A program made the position numbers and the translations under genes. Of a DNA stretch of 64,000 nucleotides, positions 12,918-24,900 are shown piece by piece. This DNA is from Raillietiella orientalis. Taxonomy: Eukaryota. The stretch lies in assembly GCA_036172245.1 (NCBI GenBank), contig JAYWIR010000028.1, positions 62,001 through 126,000 on the forward strand, given 5' to 3'. Below the pieces are notes generated by a model that saw only the letters and a program-made list of their open reading frames with translations, was not told where the DNA came from and searched no databases. How positions within the stretch are numbered: position 1 is the first letter of the stretch; each line of letters starts with the position of its first letter.

Positions 12918-15900
12918 ACGAAAGCTCGAGCTGCAACGTCCCTCCCTCTCCCTCCCCCAAGGGTCCCAGAGTCGAAAATTCCCGTTTCTGAAGTGTTGCG
13001 GTCACTTCAGGTTCATCAAGGACGTTGGTATTGGGATTCTCTTTCCTTTTCCAAGCTCTTTCCTTCGTGTCCTCCCGTAAGCGTTTTTTTACGTGGCGTT
13101 TAGCAGCCTCGCGGGCGGGCGGGCGGGCGGGCGTGCTTTCGTTCAGCAGAGCATAAGAGATTCTTCAGCAGTCGAATGAAGTGTTGATTGGCAAATGAAG
13201 ACCGGCATGTGGGACCCGTAGCGGCAGTGTACACAGTCGGAACACACTCGTGTCCGAAGAAATACCAATCATTTCGAGTCAGCATGGTGAGGTCATCATA
13301 TTCGAGATGCACGCATATTCGAATGAAGGACGCTTCCTACCGCCCGACGCTTCCCACTCGTATGAGGAGATTCCGTGGACCTCTTGTTATCGGAGGGTTG
13401 TACGGTACATCCAGCGTCGGTCGTTCTAGTGAACTGCAGCTGAGTGACCCGAAACCCGTGCCCGGTTGACCGCCGACGAGGTTTCGGCATCTGTTGCGTT
13501 AGCGGACTGAAGCCGTCGGCCCATTCTGAAAGTGAATCCGGGAAAAATTGCGCGGCAGGATCTTCAGGAATTCTTTAAAATGCCTTTTTTTACCCGTTGT
13601 CCCCATTTAGGCAACGGCTGTAGTGTCTTATCATTTTGTTCTCCGCGATGGTAGGCACTGCAGCCGATCCGGGATGTTGTGCTGCTTCCAGAACGGGGTG
13701 CTCCTTGCTTGTAAATGCCGCTTCCCAAACCAGCTGGCCCTCTGGAGAATGGGTGGCTCCCCAGAAAGTTGCAGTTTCTAGGGAATCTCAAGTTCGCCCA
13801 CATGAGGACGGAACAAAGGGGTGTTGGGTTGTCAGGTTGATCCCTGATGCAGACCATCGTTCGAAAGGAACAATCAAGGCGCGCCGGTCTGCAAATGCAG
13901 AACCTTGGAAATACGCAATTGCATACGTTATAAAGTGCACTTTGGAGGACTGTAATCCGATCGGTGAGCTTTCTTAGCAACTTCGTCCTCACAAGCGCTC
14001 CCGAAGCACCATGAATGAATCCCCTTGGCCATGCCTGGGTCCGCTTCTTCGAGCAACGAAATTCAAGCTTCGCGAAGGATGCTGGTGAAACGCGCGCGCA
14101 AGTCTCCCCCCCCCCAGGAAATGGAAGGGAAGGAAGAGGGATCTGATCCGACGATGAGTGCAAAGCAGGGGTGGGTGCTTCCTGAACACAATGTTTATGT
14201 GGGAAAACTTTACCCGGTCCAGTCGGCTGAGGTGGAATTTGTGTTTCCCAGCTTGGGGCTACGGACATGCTGCTGCTTGCATAGTCAAAAAAAAGAAAAA
14301 AGAAAAATCTTACCTGGTAACTACGGTATTCTCGTGTTGCGAGCTGGCTGAGCGAGCTTTCTCTTGTGCATCGCAGCCTGCTGGTCTCGACGTCTTCCTG
14401 TCCAACTGGACTGTTCTGATTAAGTCTCGGGGTGGCTGGGTTTCCAGCCTCTCTCTTGGTCGCTTCATTAGATTACGTCACGGTTGCACCGCATCATGCC
14501 GCTGCTGCCAAACTTCGATGGGATGAGCGGCAGCAGGAGGTTCTGTATCCACTCAGATACCTCCTACCGCTGCACATCCTATGCTTTTACTCTCAGCTTC
14601 CCAGTCCCAGAGTTCCGTGAGAGGAGCGTAGCAATTCCATTACTTGCGATAATGCCACCATAACCCAGCAACGGCACCAGGAAACAGGGTTGGCAGGGGG
14701 CGGCGGTGGGTTCGTGGGAGATCGTTTTAAAAAGGCTATATAATCTCAGGGAATGACGGAAAATCTTTCTGTAAAGTATGCTTTTGATGAGGGTCGTAAG
14801 GCTCGTTGATTGAAAAGAAGCTCCTGGTAAGTCTGATGATGGAAAATGAAAAGAGCTCGCAACGATCCATCTCCAGATTCCATGCTTTGGCAACCTGCAA
14901 AGCAATATGAGTTAAGCACATATCTGCCATCAACACCGTCAGCTATGCTTCGCATGTGCTGGTCAAGAGCTGAAGAGATGTCGCTTTTTCAGCTGCCCTT
15001 GGAACAACATCTAACGTCAACCACGTTGCGGCACATTTCACATTCGGTGGGCGCCGCGAATGGCCATTCGAACGAATTGTTGATTGGCAAAGGAAACCCT
15101 GCAGTCATCCTCGTTGTGGGACGCTCTTAGTGGCAGTTCAGTGATGTAATCACAGCACTCTCGCCGAAAGAGATACCGATAACGTCTGTCGTAAGCATGA
15201 TGAGGTCATCACGTCTGAATGGCGAACTCGGAACTGCTTTATGGTGTCGGCCCTGACAACGAACGCTTTGACGCGATGACGCCGACCTATTCGCATGGTT
15301 TCGGTACCTCTTTCGGTCTCATTTGTTCTTTGGTGGGAAGCACAGGGCGCCACAGTTGTAATCGCGAATCGATCCGTGCGAGCCTCTCGAGTGATGATTC
15401 TGTAGCTCGGTCGGTGACTTGCTGCAAGCATCCTCACTCTGACAAAGGTTGCACGCAAGGATGTTTGGGTGGAAGACACCGAAAAGTTGACGGCCGCGAT
15501 TTCTGTTCTCAAAGGCACCGGTCGAGAACTTTGCGAATCGGCGCAAGCGCGGCAAGGATCGGGAAATTCTCGTCACGCCCTCCCCGCTGCCGTCGTGCCA
15601 GAGAACTGGATGTGGCAGGCTTTTTGGCGCCGGGCTAGAGAAACCTCGCATCCCAGCCGGCTTGTGGGACCTTCCCCCGCCCTTCCAAACTCTCCACGGA
15701 ACCGGAGATCAGCGTTGGCGGCCTTTTTGAAAATGTGGGCAAAAGGCTGACTTCGGTCTCCAAAAAGTCTGCAATGAAAATGGCGTCACTGCCAACGCCA
15801 CTCACGGAAAGCGAGCAGTCTCGCTCAGTTGGTTGCACCGAAGAGCATCGGCTCGGTGGTCCTTCCGATGCATCTCTTTTCGCGCTCGATTTTCGCCAGC

Positions 15901-18900
15901 CGACAACGCGGGCCACCACGGCGGGGAATCTCTGCATCCGCTGGTAGCAAGCGGCCTTGCGAGATTCGCCGGGTCGGTTTGACAGGTCATTGCGCGTGAT
16001 GCCGAGAGGCTCCTGCGGTCGCCGCAGCAATCGGGAAGCAGAATGTGCAGCCTCTCGGAGAGCCCACAAGTCTGAGTGGGGGTTCCTCTAACGATGCCAA
16101 GTGCTCCCAATTTCGGAGACGAGTGCGCAAGTCGGACTTTTGCCCACATTTTTCAAAATGCAGTCCACATGATCGTGTTCTCCAGAGCATTCGTAACACC
16201 AGGAACAGACGGTGGACCCACGTCGCGTGCACGCTGTGCTTGCTTTTGCACTCGATGCCTGCAGGCATCGTTATGATCAAGACGGCCTCCCAGCTTGCTT
16301 CCGTGCTAGGTTGTCCTTCGGAAACTGCTCTAACGGGATCTTCCGCCGTTGATTCTCCAACTTGGAAGCTACGTAAAGGAGCAGCTTGGCAACCCTGGGT
16401 TCCGATCTCACACCACGTGGCTGTTTTCTTGCAGTCATCGGCAGGCGTTTCGCTGCTCCTCTGGAGAAGAGTTTTAAGTATCACCGTGCTGCAGATCGCT
16501 GCACCTTTTTCTCTGCTGTCTCGCATCGCGCTCTCCTGCTTACGTCTCCGTCTCCGTCTTGTCTGCTAGTTCACCCGGTGGCGCGGAAGGAGACAGCATG
16601 TCTGCATTTCCAACGTTTCGCTCCGTCCTCTGTGCCAGAATCCCCGCACGACCTCGGTGGCACACCTCTCCCGTGAAGTAGAAGTCAGCAATTTTCCTCA
16701 AGCTACTGGTTGTTTCCTGAAGTGATTTCGTCAGGTGAGGATCATCTGTGACCTCGGCTGACCGTTGAGGTGAAGGCTTTGCCTCGCGGATGCGCCTGCG
16801 GGAGTCGAATGCGCAACCTGCCGCTTGACCCAGAGGGCTTTTTTTTTTTTTTTTTTTTTTTTCCGCCACCGCGCCAAGCTCGAGGAAAGGTCATCGGTAA
16901 AGGAGCTCCAACCGATACTGCAATTCGCATGCGTTCAAATTTCGAACAGAACAGTTGCCCCCTCCCCCCCGGGTGGCGTGGATTCGCCGTTTGTCCCAAC
17001 TGGGGACGTTGCTTAGCTCTTCGCGGTGACGCCTATCGCGGGTAGCAGAGGACCTCTTCCGCAGGAAGGGGTGGTTTCTTTGCAAAGCACAGGAAACTGG
17101 ACGGTTGTGGAACCGAAATCCCTGGGCGTGGAACACCCATGCGCAACCGTGGCAACTCCCTTGTCACCGGTGAACAGTTGTGCTTCTAACCGGGAACTTC
17201 CAGGCTCGTGATTCAAAGGACTGGTTTCTTAGCTTCAGGCTTCCAGATCTAATCATCGAGAAGGGGATCACAGCGCTCTCCACTGCACTTCTTGTACCGC
17301 CGTGCATCGCATCTAAGCCGACCGCTAAAAGATTTCACGCCCGCTCAGCAGACTTGCGGGGCGCCCTCGTGCCACCTGTTGAAAGCTTCCGCGCCCCGAG
17401 AGAGGAGGAGGAGAGGGGAAGGGGAGGGGAAGGATCGTTAACGGAGTGCCCCGTTTACACAGCACGGTGACGACACGCTCGTAAAAACCTATTCGCTCCC
17501 CATGGGCCTCTCTGATCGGAATCTGCGGCAAATCCCTGGCTTTCGCACGGCGGTGGCATTCCTCAACGGTGCTGTCGGCACGTACCGTTCCAGGTCCCAC
17601 GCCTCGGGGGGGGGAAGCACGGTAGGAGCGGAGCCTGCGCTTAGTGTCATCCCGTGAGCAGCTGATGGCGAGCGGCTGCTAACCGGTCAGCCAGTCAGTT
17701 TCTAGGATGCCCGCAGTCCTTCGAGATGGCACCGAGCGAAGCAAAAGTCAGGCCGGCTGCTCGTCTCGTACGTTTCTCAGCTGCATGGGGACGCAGGCAA
17801 GCGGCACCCTGGAGGCACCCGATTTTGAACCCATGTGGATGTTTTTTTTTCCCCTCTTCAATCGACCATTGCGTGGACTTCCGGGAAGTCTTTCTTAATT
17901 CTCCCTCGCAGGCTTTCGGAGTGTTTCTCGGTCCAGAGTTGTTGGCGCCTCCATCGTCCGTGAGGAGCGCAGCGCTGGTTTCACCAGCACGGAACTAAAC
18001 TCGTGATCGCTGGAACAGATCGAAACAACAGCAACCAAAAGAAAAAGACAAAAAAAAAAAAAACGCAGTCTTTTTTTGCATGACGAATCGACGGGGAGCG
18101 CCACTTCGGCTCGCTGTGTAGCAGCACGTCGAACCGAAAGGGAGATGTGCGACCCCTTTCGGTGTGACACGTATTCCTCCTTTGCGGTTTGGTTAGGTGA
18201 TGAGCATCTCCGCGACCTTGCTGACCGTGGAAGGACTGGGATTGTGTCAAGTTTACACCTCCGCAGCCTGCTGCTTGGCCCGGGGGTAGGGGTAGGGGCC
18301 AGTCGCTGTCACTGTGCCAGGACTGCATACTCGAATCTCGGTCATGGCGGGATTGCTGGTCAGGCCAGAGCTTCGTCAGACGTGCGCAGCGCGGGCCTGC
18401 ACTCGGCCCGTTTTTTTTTTTTTTCTTCTTCTTCTTCTTCTTTTTCTTTTTTTGCGTGCACTTCGCTCAAGTGCTCTTTCCTTCCTTCGTGTGCATCGGG
18501 GAGGTCTCTCGATCCGAACCGACCATTCCAGGTTCTTCGCCGGGACCTCCATCCCAGCGGCTTCTGCTTTCTCCCTCTCCCGTCTGCAGCTCGACGTCTC
18601 CACGGCTCCGTGGAAATCCTTCATCTCGCGTCGGGGGAAATCCGTCGACCCTTTCCCCCCCCCCCGCCTTTTCCGGAGCGGCAGGTACCCGACGTACCCT
18701 CCTCCACGATTCACCAATCACGTTTAAGAAAGCCAATCGATGTTTACTCTCTCTGCAAGGAGAGCGATCGAACCGCAGCTGCGGCACTGACACGGAAGCG
18801 CGTTCTCTCCAGCGGCGCCAATCGTTGCCTCGAGATCCACTCTCAAGTACCCTCCTTCCGTGAATTCCTTCTTCTTCCTCTTCTTCTTCCTCTTCCGCCA

Positions 18901-21900
18901 CTCGGAGCTCCGAGGAAACTTCCGGATTCGCGTCACGTGCCCGAGGGATGCTCCCCGCTGTTGCTGGTTGCCCTGACGTCGGCCACTCGCGAATTTTCGT
19001 CGGCTCGTCTATTTCAATCTCATCAGGCGATCTTCGTAATGAACGACCTTCCCGCCCAATCAAAAAGCCCGCCCATTCGCAAATCCCAAAAAAGAGAGAA
19101 CAGAAGCGCAAGAAAAATTGCTGGCGATTTAAGCCAACTTAGATGGACCTGCCCCGACTGCGAACGCCTCTCCATCTCCGAAGATGCTCATTTAGATAAT
19201 GAAGGGTGAGGTTCTTTTTTTTTTTTTTTTTTTTTTTTTCTTCCGACAGGAGTTTTCCCCCTATCCTAGATATAACGTGTGGCTTTTTGCCTACCAGTCG
19301 TCTCCGTTAACGACCACGCTCCCATGGCAACCCGGTAAGCTTCTTTGCTCCGTATCCTCCCAACCAGAAATCGAAAAGGGCTGGGAGATTTGGTGTGAGG
19401 GATGGCTGCTGCGAGCCTCCTTCCCTGCGAGCTCTGTTTTCCCACACACCTCCGATTCTTCCCACGCCTTCCCTCTACCTCTATCCCGGGTGCAAGTTCC
19501 TCGGAGACCCGTCAAAGCCGTGTGTCTCCTGAGCGACGCCACCGCCACCGGGAAGCTTTCGTCCACTGGTGCGGCATTCTCCGTCGGGCAAACAGGCGTG
19601 CGGGAGTCTGACCTTCCTGGTCATTGAAGTTGTGCTGCGAGGGGTGGCACAATAGGTTTCACTCACCAGGACGTCCTGCAGGCTGCATTTCGGCGGTATC
19701 TTCCCCTTTGTCCAAGAGCTGCTCCTCTTCATGAAGTTGTCGCAGGTGTGGGGCGTCATCCGGCCATCGTCCAAGCCGACGTGTCCATCCTATGGATGTC
19801 GCGAGAGTAGTGGATGCACGAGGCGCGAGCCGTTTCGTTGCTGGGGTCCCAAGTTCCCAAAGGCCCGCCAGTGATGATGGCCGGCACCTTTGCATCGACT
19901 CCTTTCTTGGATGGCTGACTGGAAGCAACTTGTCATTTGGATGCTCTCTCATTCCTGGCGACGCTGAACGCTCCTTCCTCAAATTTCTCAAAGGGGCGAG
20001 CTGCCTCCAGCGCCACCGTCCCCTTCCGAAACACCGGATCTGGGCCTCAGAGTTGAATCCGGACCAACGACGCGAGGATTCTTGGACGCCGGTTTTCATC
20101 TTGCGGTTTCTACCGCTGCTGCTGTTTTGATCTCGTCCAAGATCGCGTGGTGCCGGGCCGTGTGCAGGCGAGGGCAGCGTTCCTCGTGGGTCACGTGGAA
20201 CGACATTTCGCCCCACAGGACACAGCGGCGACACGAGCGATCAGCTTCCCTTCTCCCCCAGGCGGCTCCTCTTATAAGAAGCACACATTTAACCTTGCAG
20301 TGTGGATGAATCTACACTCGGCGAATCTCAGGTAGTCTCCACTTGTAAGAAAATAGCTCGAGGGGATGTGCAGTCGCACGGCCTTCCCCCTCGATCCAGA
20401 TTTGCCAGGGATTGACGTGCGCTGTGCAGCTCTTACGAGGGAGGAAGATTTTCTGCTCGCGTTGACGCTGAGAGTCATTTCGCCGACGTGAACTGTCGGC
20501 TCTTCTTGAAGCATCTTTAAAACAGGTCCCGATCTTGACTGATCTTAGCTTGAAACCTTACCGCATGGGGCGACACGGCCTGGACCAGTGTGGCGACTGC
20601 ATCGACGGGTTCTTCTTGCACAAGACGAGGGCCCCTCCGCTCTTGTCCAAGGTGCTGGCCCGGAGTCCGTGGAACGATGAGCGCATTTTTGGAATCACCT
20701 GCTTCCTTATTCCCAGCAGAGCCTACCGAAACGATTCCCTCTTCGTGCCCGGGGTGGCGATGGGCTACCGCCACCTCCGCTTGCATGGCGAGCAACATAG
20801 GCGGTTGCGGTCACCTGGCGAGCGTTTACAAATAATCTGATCCTCAGCCGTGAAGAAGTTGGTGACAGTTTCCTCGTTGTGTGCGTGCCTTCTCTATCAG
20901 GTGCCATTTTAAACACCAGTTGCACCCTCTGACATCGAAGAGAAGACCCCGAAACTTATCACCGAAGGGCAGGGCATTTCCAAAGGAATGCGCATCAAAT
21001 TTCACGTGTTTTCGATGATTCTTGCCAAAACGGGGGGAAAAAAAAGAAAAGAAAAAACAAGGGAGAGAGAGAGAGAGATGGGCGAAACGCATCGAGTAAC
21101 CATCGCGAAGTGGACATTGGACACTTATAATTGGTAGGCAAGATAAACAAAGGCAGAGAGAAGCACGAATGCACGTGACGTCATAATTAGTGCCGTAATT
21201 AAAGAAACATGAAACTGAGGCCCCCGAGTGGGGGAATGGTTGATTCTTCACCACTTCTAAGGTGCATTATCACCGCGAGGCTAATTTGGGATTAAGCAGC
21301 CCTGAACGGCCTATTCCGTCGGCGTTGGCCATCCCGAGAAACAAAGCAGTCTTGCGCTGCTCTTTTGCCTGCGAAGAGGTACATCACTGCTGCTGGCAGG
21401 GGAGATTCCAGGTGCGTACGTGTACAGGAGGGCATCCGGGTGCGTGACCGAAAAGGCAGGACCCATCCATCCGCAACCGCGTCTTTCTCAAACATCTGCC
21501 CGCGCTTCCCCTGTGGCCGGCGCTGCGCAAATTCCAGAAAGCGCGCGCGTTTTCCTCAAATCCGCCGGGAGGTGCTGGAGGGCACCTCCCGGCGCTCCGG
21601 GGAACAGGAGCGGGAGGTCTTTTTCGCTGCCGCACGTGCCGACCGCAGTCTCCGGCTTGCATTCTCGAGCGGAACCGCCCTCTTCCCGAGCCCATTTGGG
21701 CGCATCGGCGGCTGCCCTGCTTCGCGGCCACCTCTCGCCGAGCCACCCTTCGCCTTCGCCACGGCGGACGCAAGGCGGTGCACCGCAACGCTCAGCTGCC
21801 GCGACGACGGAAGCGTCTGCCGGAACGGTACCCCCATTTTCGCTCCGGCGATGATTTCTGCACGTAACTTCTCCATTTAGGAAGTTCCCTCTCCCTGTAA

Positions 21901-24900
21901 TCTTATGATTTGTGGGATGCGCCGAGACGGACGAGGCTCGACGCGAAGACATCGGCAGAGTGATCATGGCATGATGAACTCACCGATCGCAAAGGTTCTT
22001 TCTTTCTTTCTTTTTTTTTTTTCTTCCTCCCCTGCCCCCGCCCCCCCGATGCTGCTGCTGGTTAAGTTTTCTTGGGGCCAGAAGTTGCGGGGCCTCCTTT
22101 TTTGGTTTTTGGCTCGCGTCATCACCGAATCGATCCCTCCTCTGCAGCTGCATTAGGAGTTGCTCGCTTTAATTTTCCTTTTCGCAGGGTTACCACAATG
22201 ATTCATATCGCCATCACATTTACTTTCCTCCTTTTCCCTTCGTCGAAAGCCTGGACAAAGAAAGAGCCTTTCTTTTTCCACAAACCGCAACGAACCTTAA
22301 TGATTCATTTTCGTAATTATCCTCACAATCAGAAGAGACGACACGTACTCTGGAAAGGTGGATTGACACATTGATCCGAAAGCTGCTTGGCGTTCCCTCC
22401 GTCACGTCAGATAGCCTCGGCGAAGAAGACGCCCGTGGCAGTCAGTTCCCTGGTGACCTCTGGGGAGCGGGAGGTGTTCTGGGTCTTTCGCGACCCGTGG
22501 GAAGGCGAGGAAATTTCTGGAACCTGAACGGGCAGCCTGGGAATTCCCCAGCGTCCGAGCAGGGCGTGCAACAGGCTTCTGGACAGCAGCAAGCAGATCC
22601 CAGAAGTGGCCGGTTTGGCGGGAAGGTGCCTCCGGCGTGCCGTGCCTGCGCGCGTCCGCCCCTTCGAAACTTGGGCCCGGGAGGGTTCGTGCGACCCGTT
22701 GCGGGGCCCGCGTCGTCGGCTGACGGGCGCGGATTCCGGGAGACCGCGGCGAACATTCGGCGGTCGCTCGGCAGAAGGGAAAGGTCGGTGCGTGGGTTTC
22801 GAGCGAGCCCCGAGGACGCCCATGCTAACAAAAATGAGCGGACCCTCCCACTCCCGTACCCTCTCCAGAGAGGGGGAAAAAAATAAAAAAATAAAATAAA
22901 GATGAAACATGGAAAAGGGAAGGCTCGCTTTGGAAACCAGGGCGAAGTGCAGCTTGCAGGGAGGACGGCAACAGCGAAACAAAGGGCAAAAATGCGAATG
23001 GCCCAGAGCCGAGGAGGTCCAGGAAAGTTTTTGCAATCGGACAAAGCGGTGCGGAGCCCGTAAAAGGAACGGTCCGGTTCATAAACTGGAGAGAGCTGCC
23101 TGGCACCCCTCGGGGCGTCGCGCGCGCGCAAGAAGCTCCGAAAAGGCCGCCGGTGTGGCGGCGAAGAGAGGACGTGGTGCGGAGCGGGCTGTTCCTCGCC
23201 GGGACGGGGGGGGAGAGGAGAACCTCCTCCGCCAAATCCAGCAGCAGGGATATCGATCAAGCCCGCCCCTCCCCCTCCCGGCCCGTTCCTCAGGCTCTGT
23301 CTTCAACCAGTAATTTTTAGCTGCCTGCGCAACGGGAGGGCAGACATCTTGGTCACGCGATCGTGCGCCCGAGCGGATCCGGCGGCGCTGATGGCGGCGG
23401 GCAAGAGGATGACGAGGAATCGTACCGACGAAGGCACAGGAGCATCAGCTTCCGGGGTTTCTTCCCCATCCCCCCCGCCCCCTCGCACCCCATTCTCCTT
23501 TTTTTTTTTTTCCCCCGCCTCCCTTTGGTCGATCTTTGGAAAGGCGCGCGACGGCGCTCAGGAAGCGCTGCGGCTCTTCGAGCGCGAGTGGCTCCAGCGG
23601 TGGCCGGCGTAGGGAAGGTGCATTTCGCCGCGGGCGACGAGCGAATGCAGCGCGCGCTCGGCGGAGCGGCACGGGACAGCCTCTGCAGTCCCCGACCCAG
23701 GCGGGTGAAGCTGCTCGCTGCGCCGCGAGCGTTCGCTTGGCGATTGTGTCCCCTCGCCCTACCAGGGAAGTAGTGGCCCGGGTCTCCTCGGAGGAGGAAA
23801 CCTAGGAGGAACGCGCGTCCCGGCTGCGCTTCTGGAAGGGCGCTCGCCGGAACGCGTATCTCGGCGGACACGTCCCGCGTCGAGGGCGAGTCTACCTGGA
23901 AGGCGGGGGCTGGGCCTCCTCCTCCCTTCCGCCAGAGACGCGCCCCTCCCACACAAGGCGTTCGGAGGGTGCCGCCGTCCGTGCAGGCCGTCTGCTGGCA
24001 CCGCCCTCTCCACCTTCGAGGCACGGAGGCTGCAGGAACCCCTCGGACCAGGAGCAACGGGATTCCCCATCGTGACCACAGGGTGGAACATGCGGAGGGT
24101 GCCGTGGAGTTCACCCCGGCATCCCCGCGAGCGGGGAAGCGCGCGGACTTGAAGAAAAGGAGGAACGGGCAAATGTTCCCCCTCTCCAGCTCGCCCCCTC
24201 CCCTTCTCAGTCCCGCAGCAGTCGAGCGCGACGATGATGCGCGCAGGAAGAGGTCGGCTCTCTACCGGGTGTCACACGGCACGTTCGGGAGGGGAGGAAG
24301 GGGAGGAAAAGGGGTGAGTTCTGCCCCAGAGGGCAGAGGCAGCTGGGGCAGAGCTTCCCTTGACCCCCTTCGCGCCCCACCCCTGAGGAAAACGCCTGGA
24401 AAAGAGACAGGCCTTCGCCCTGAAAACCCCTCGTCTGCTGCGAATGGAAAGGGGGGGAGGAGGGGGAAGGAAACCCAGGGAATGGACGAATGTCCTGCAG
24501 CCTCCACGTCTCGTTCCTGTTTTTCCTTGTACTATTGGTCAGGTTGGGATCTCTCGAGACACCTGAGTATGTGCTCGAGTCTGTGGAAGGGGTGGGAAAG
24601 GAAGAAGAGGACGTACATCGGTTCCCTTTTTTTTTTCCTTTTTTCTCCCCCTCTCCTCTTTTTTTTTTTTTTTTTTTTTTTTTCTCGTTTCAAGGTTCAT
24701 CCGGAACGGTTTTGGAGGGCGAGGCACGTCCAGACCCTCCTCGCCCCACGCAACTCTTCCTGCCTCCACTGCGGAGCCGGAACGCGGATGATGACCTGTG
24801 GGTTCCTCTCCTTCACTTTGACTAGCGGTCTGGCTCTCTCAAGGGAGGAGGAGACCGCGCGGCCATGGTCCCCTCTCTCGTCTCTGCGCAGCGCATCCTG

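Noticed and set aside
13000..19500. Possible transposon or gene in the moderate-GC region
   Set aside because: No DDE, RT or integrase motifs, terminal repeats or coherent exon chain were recognised.
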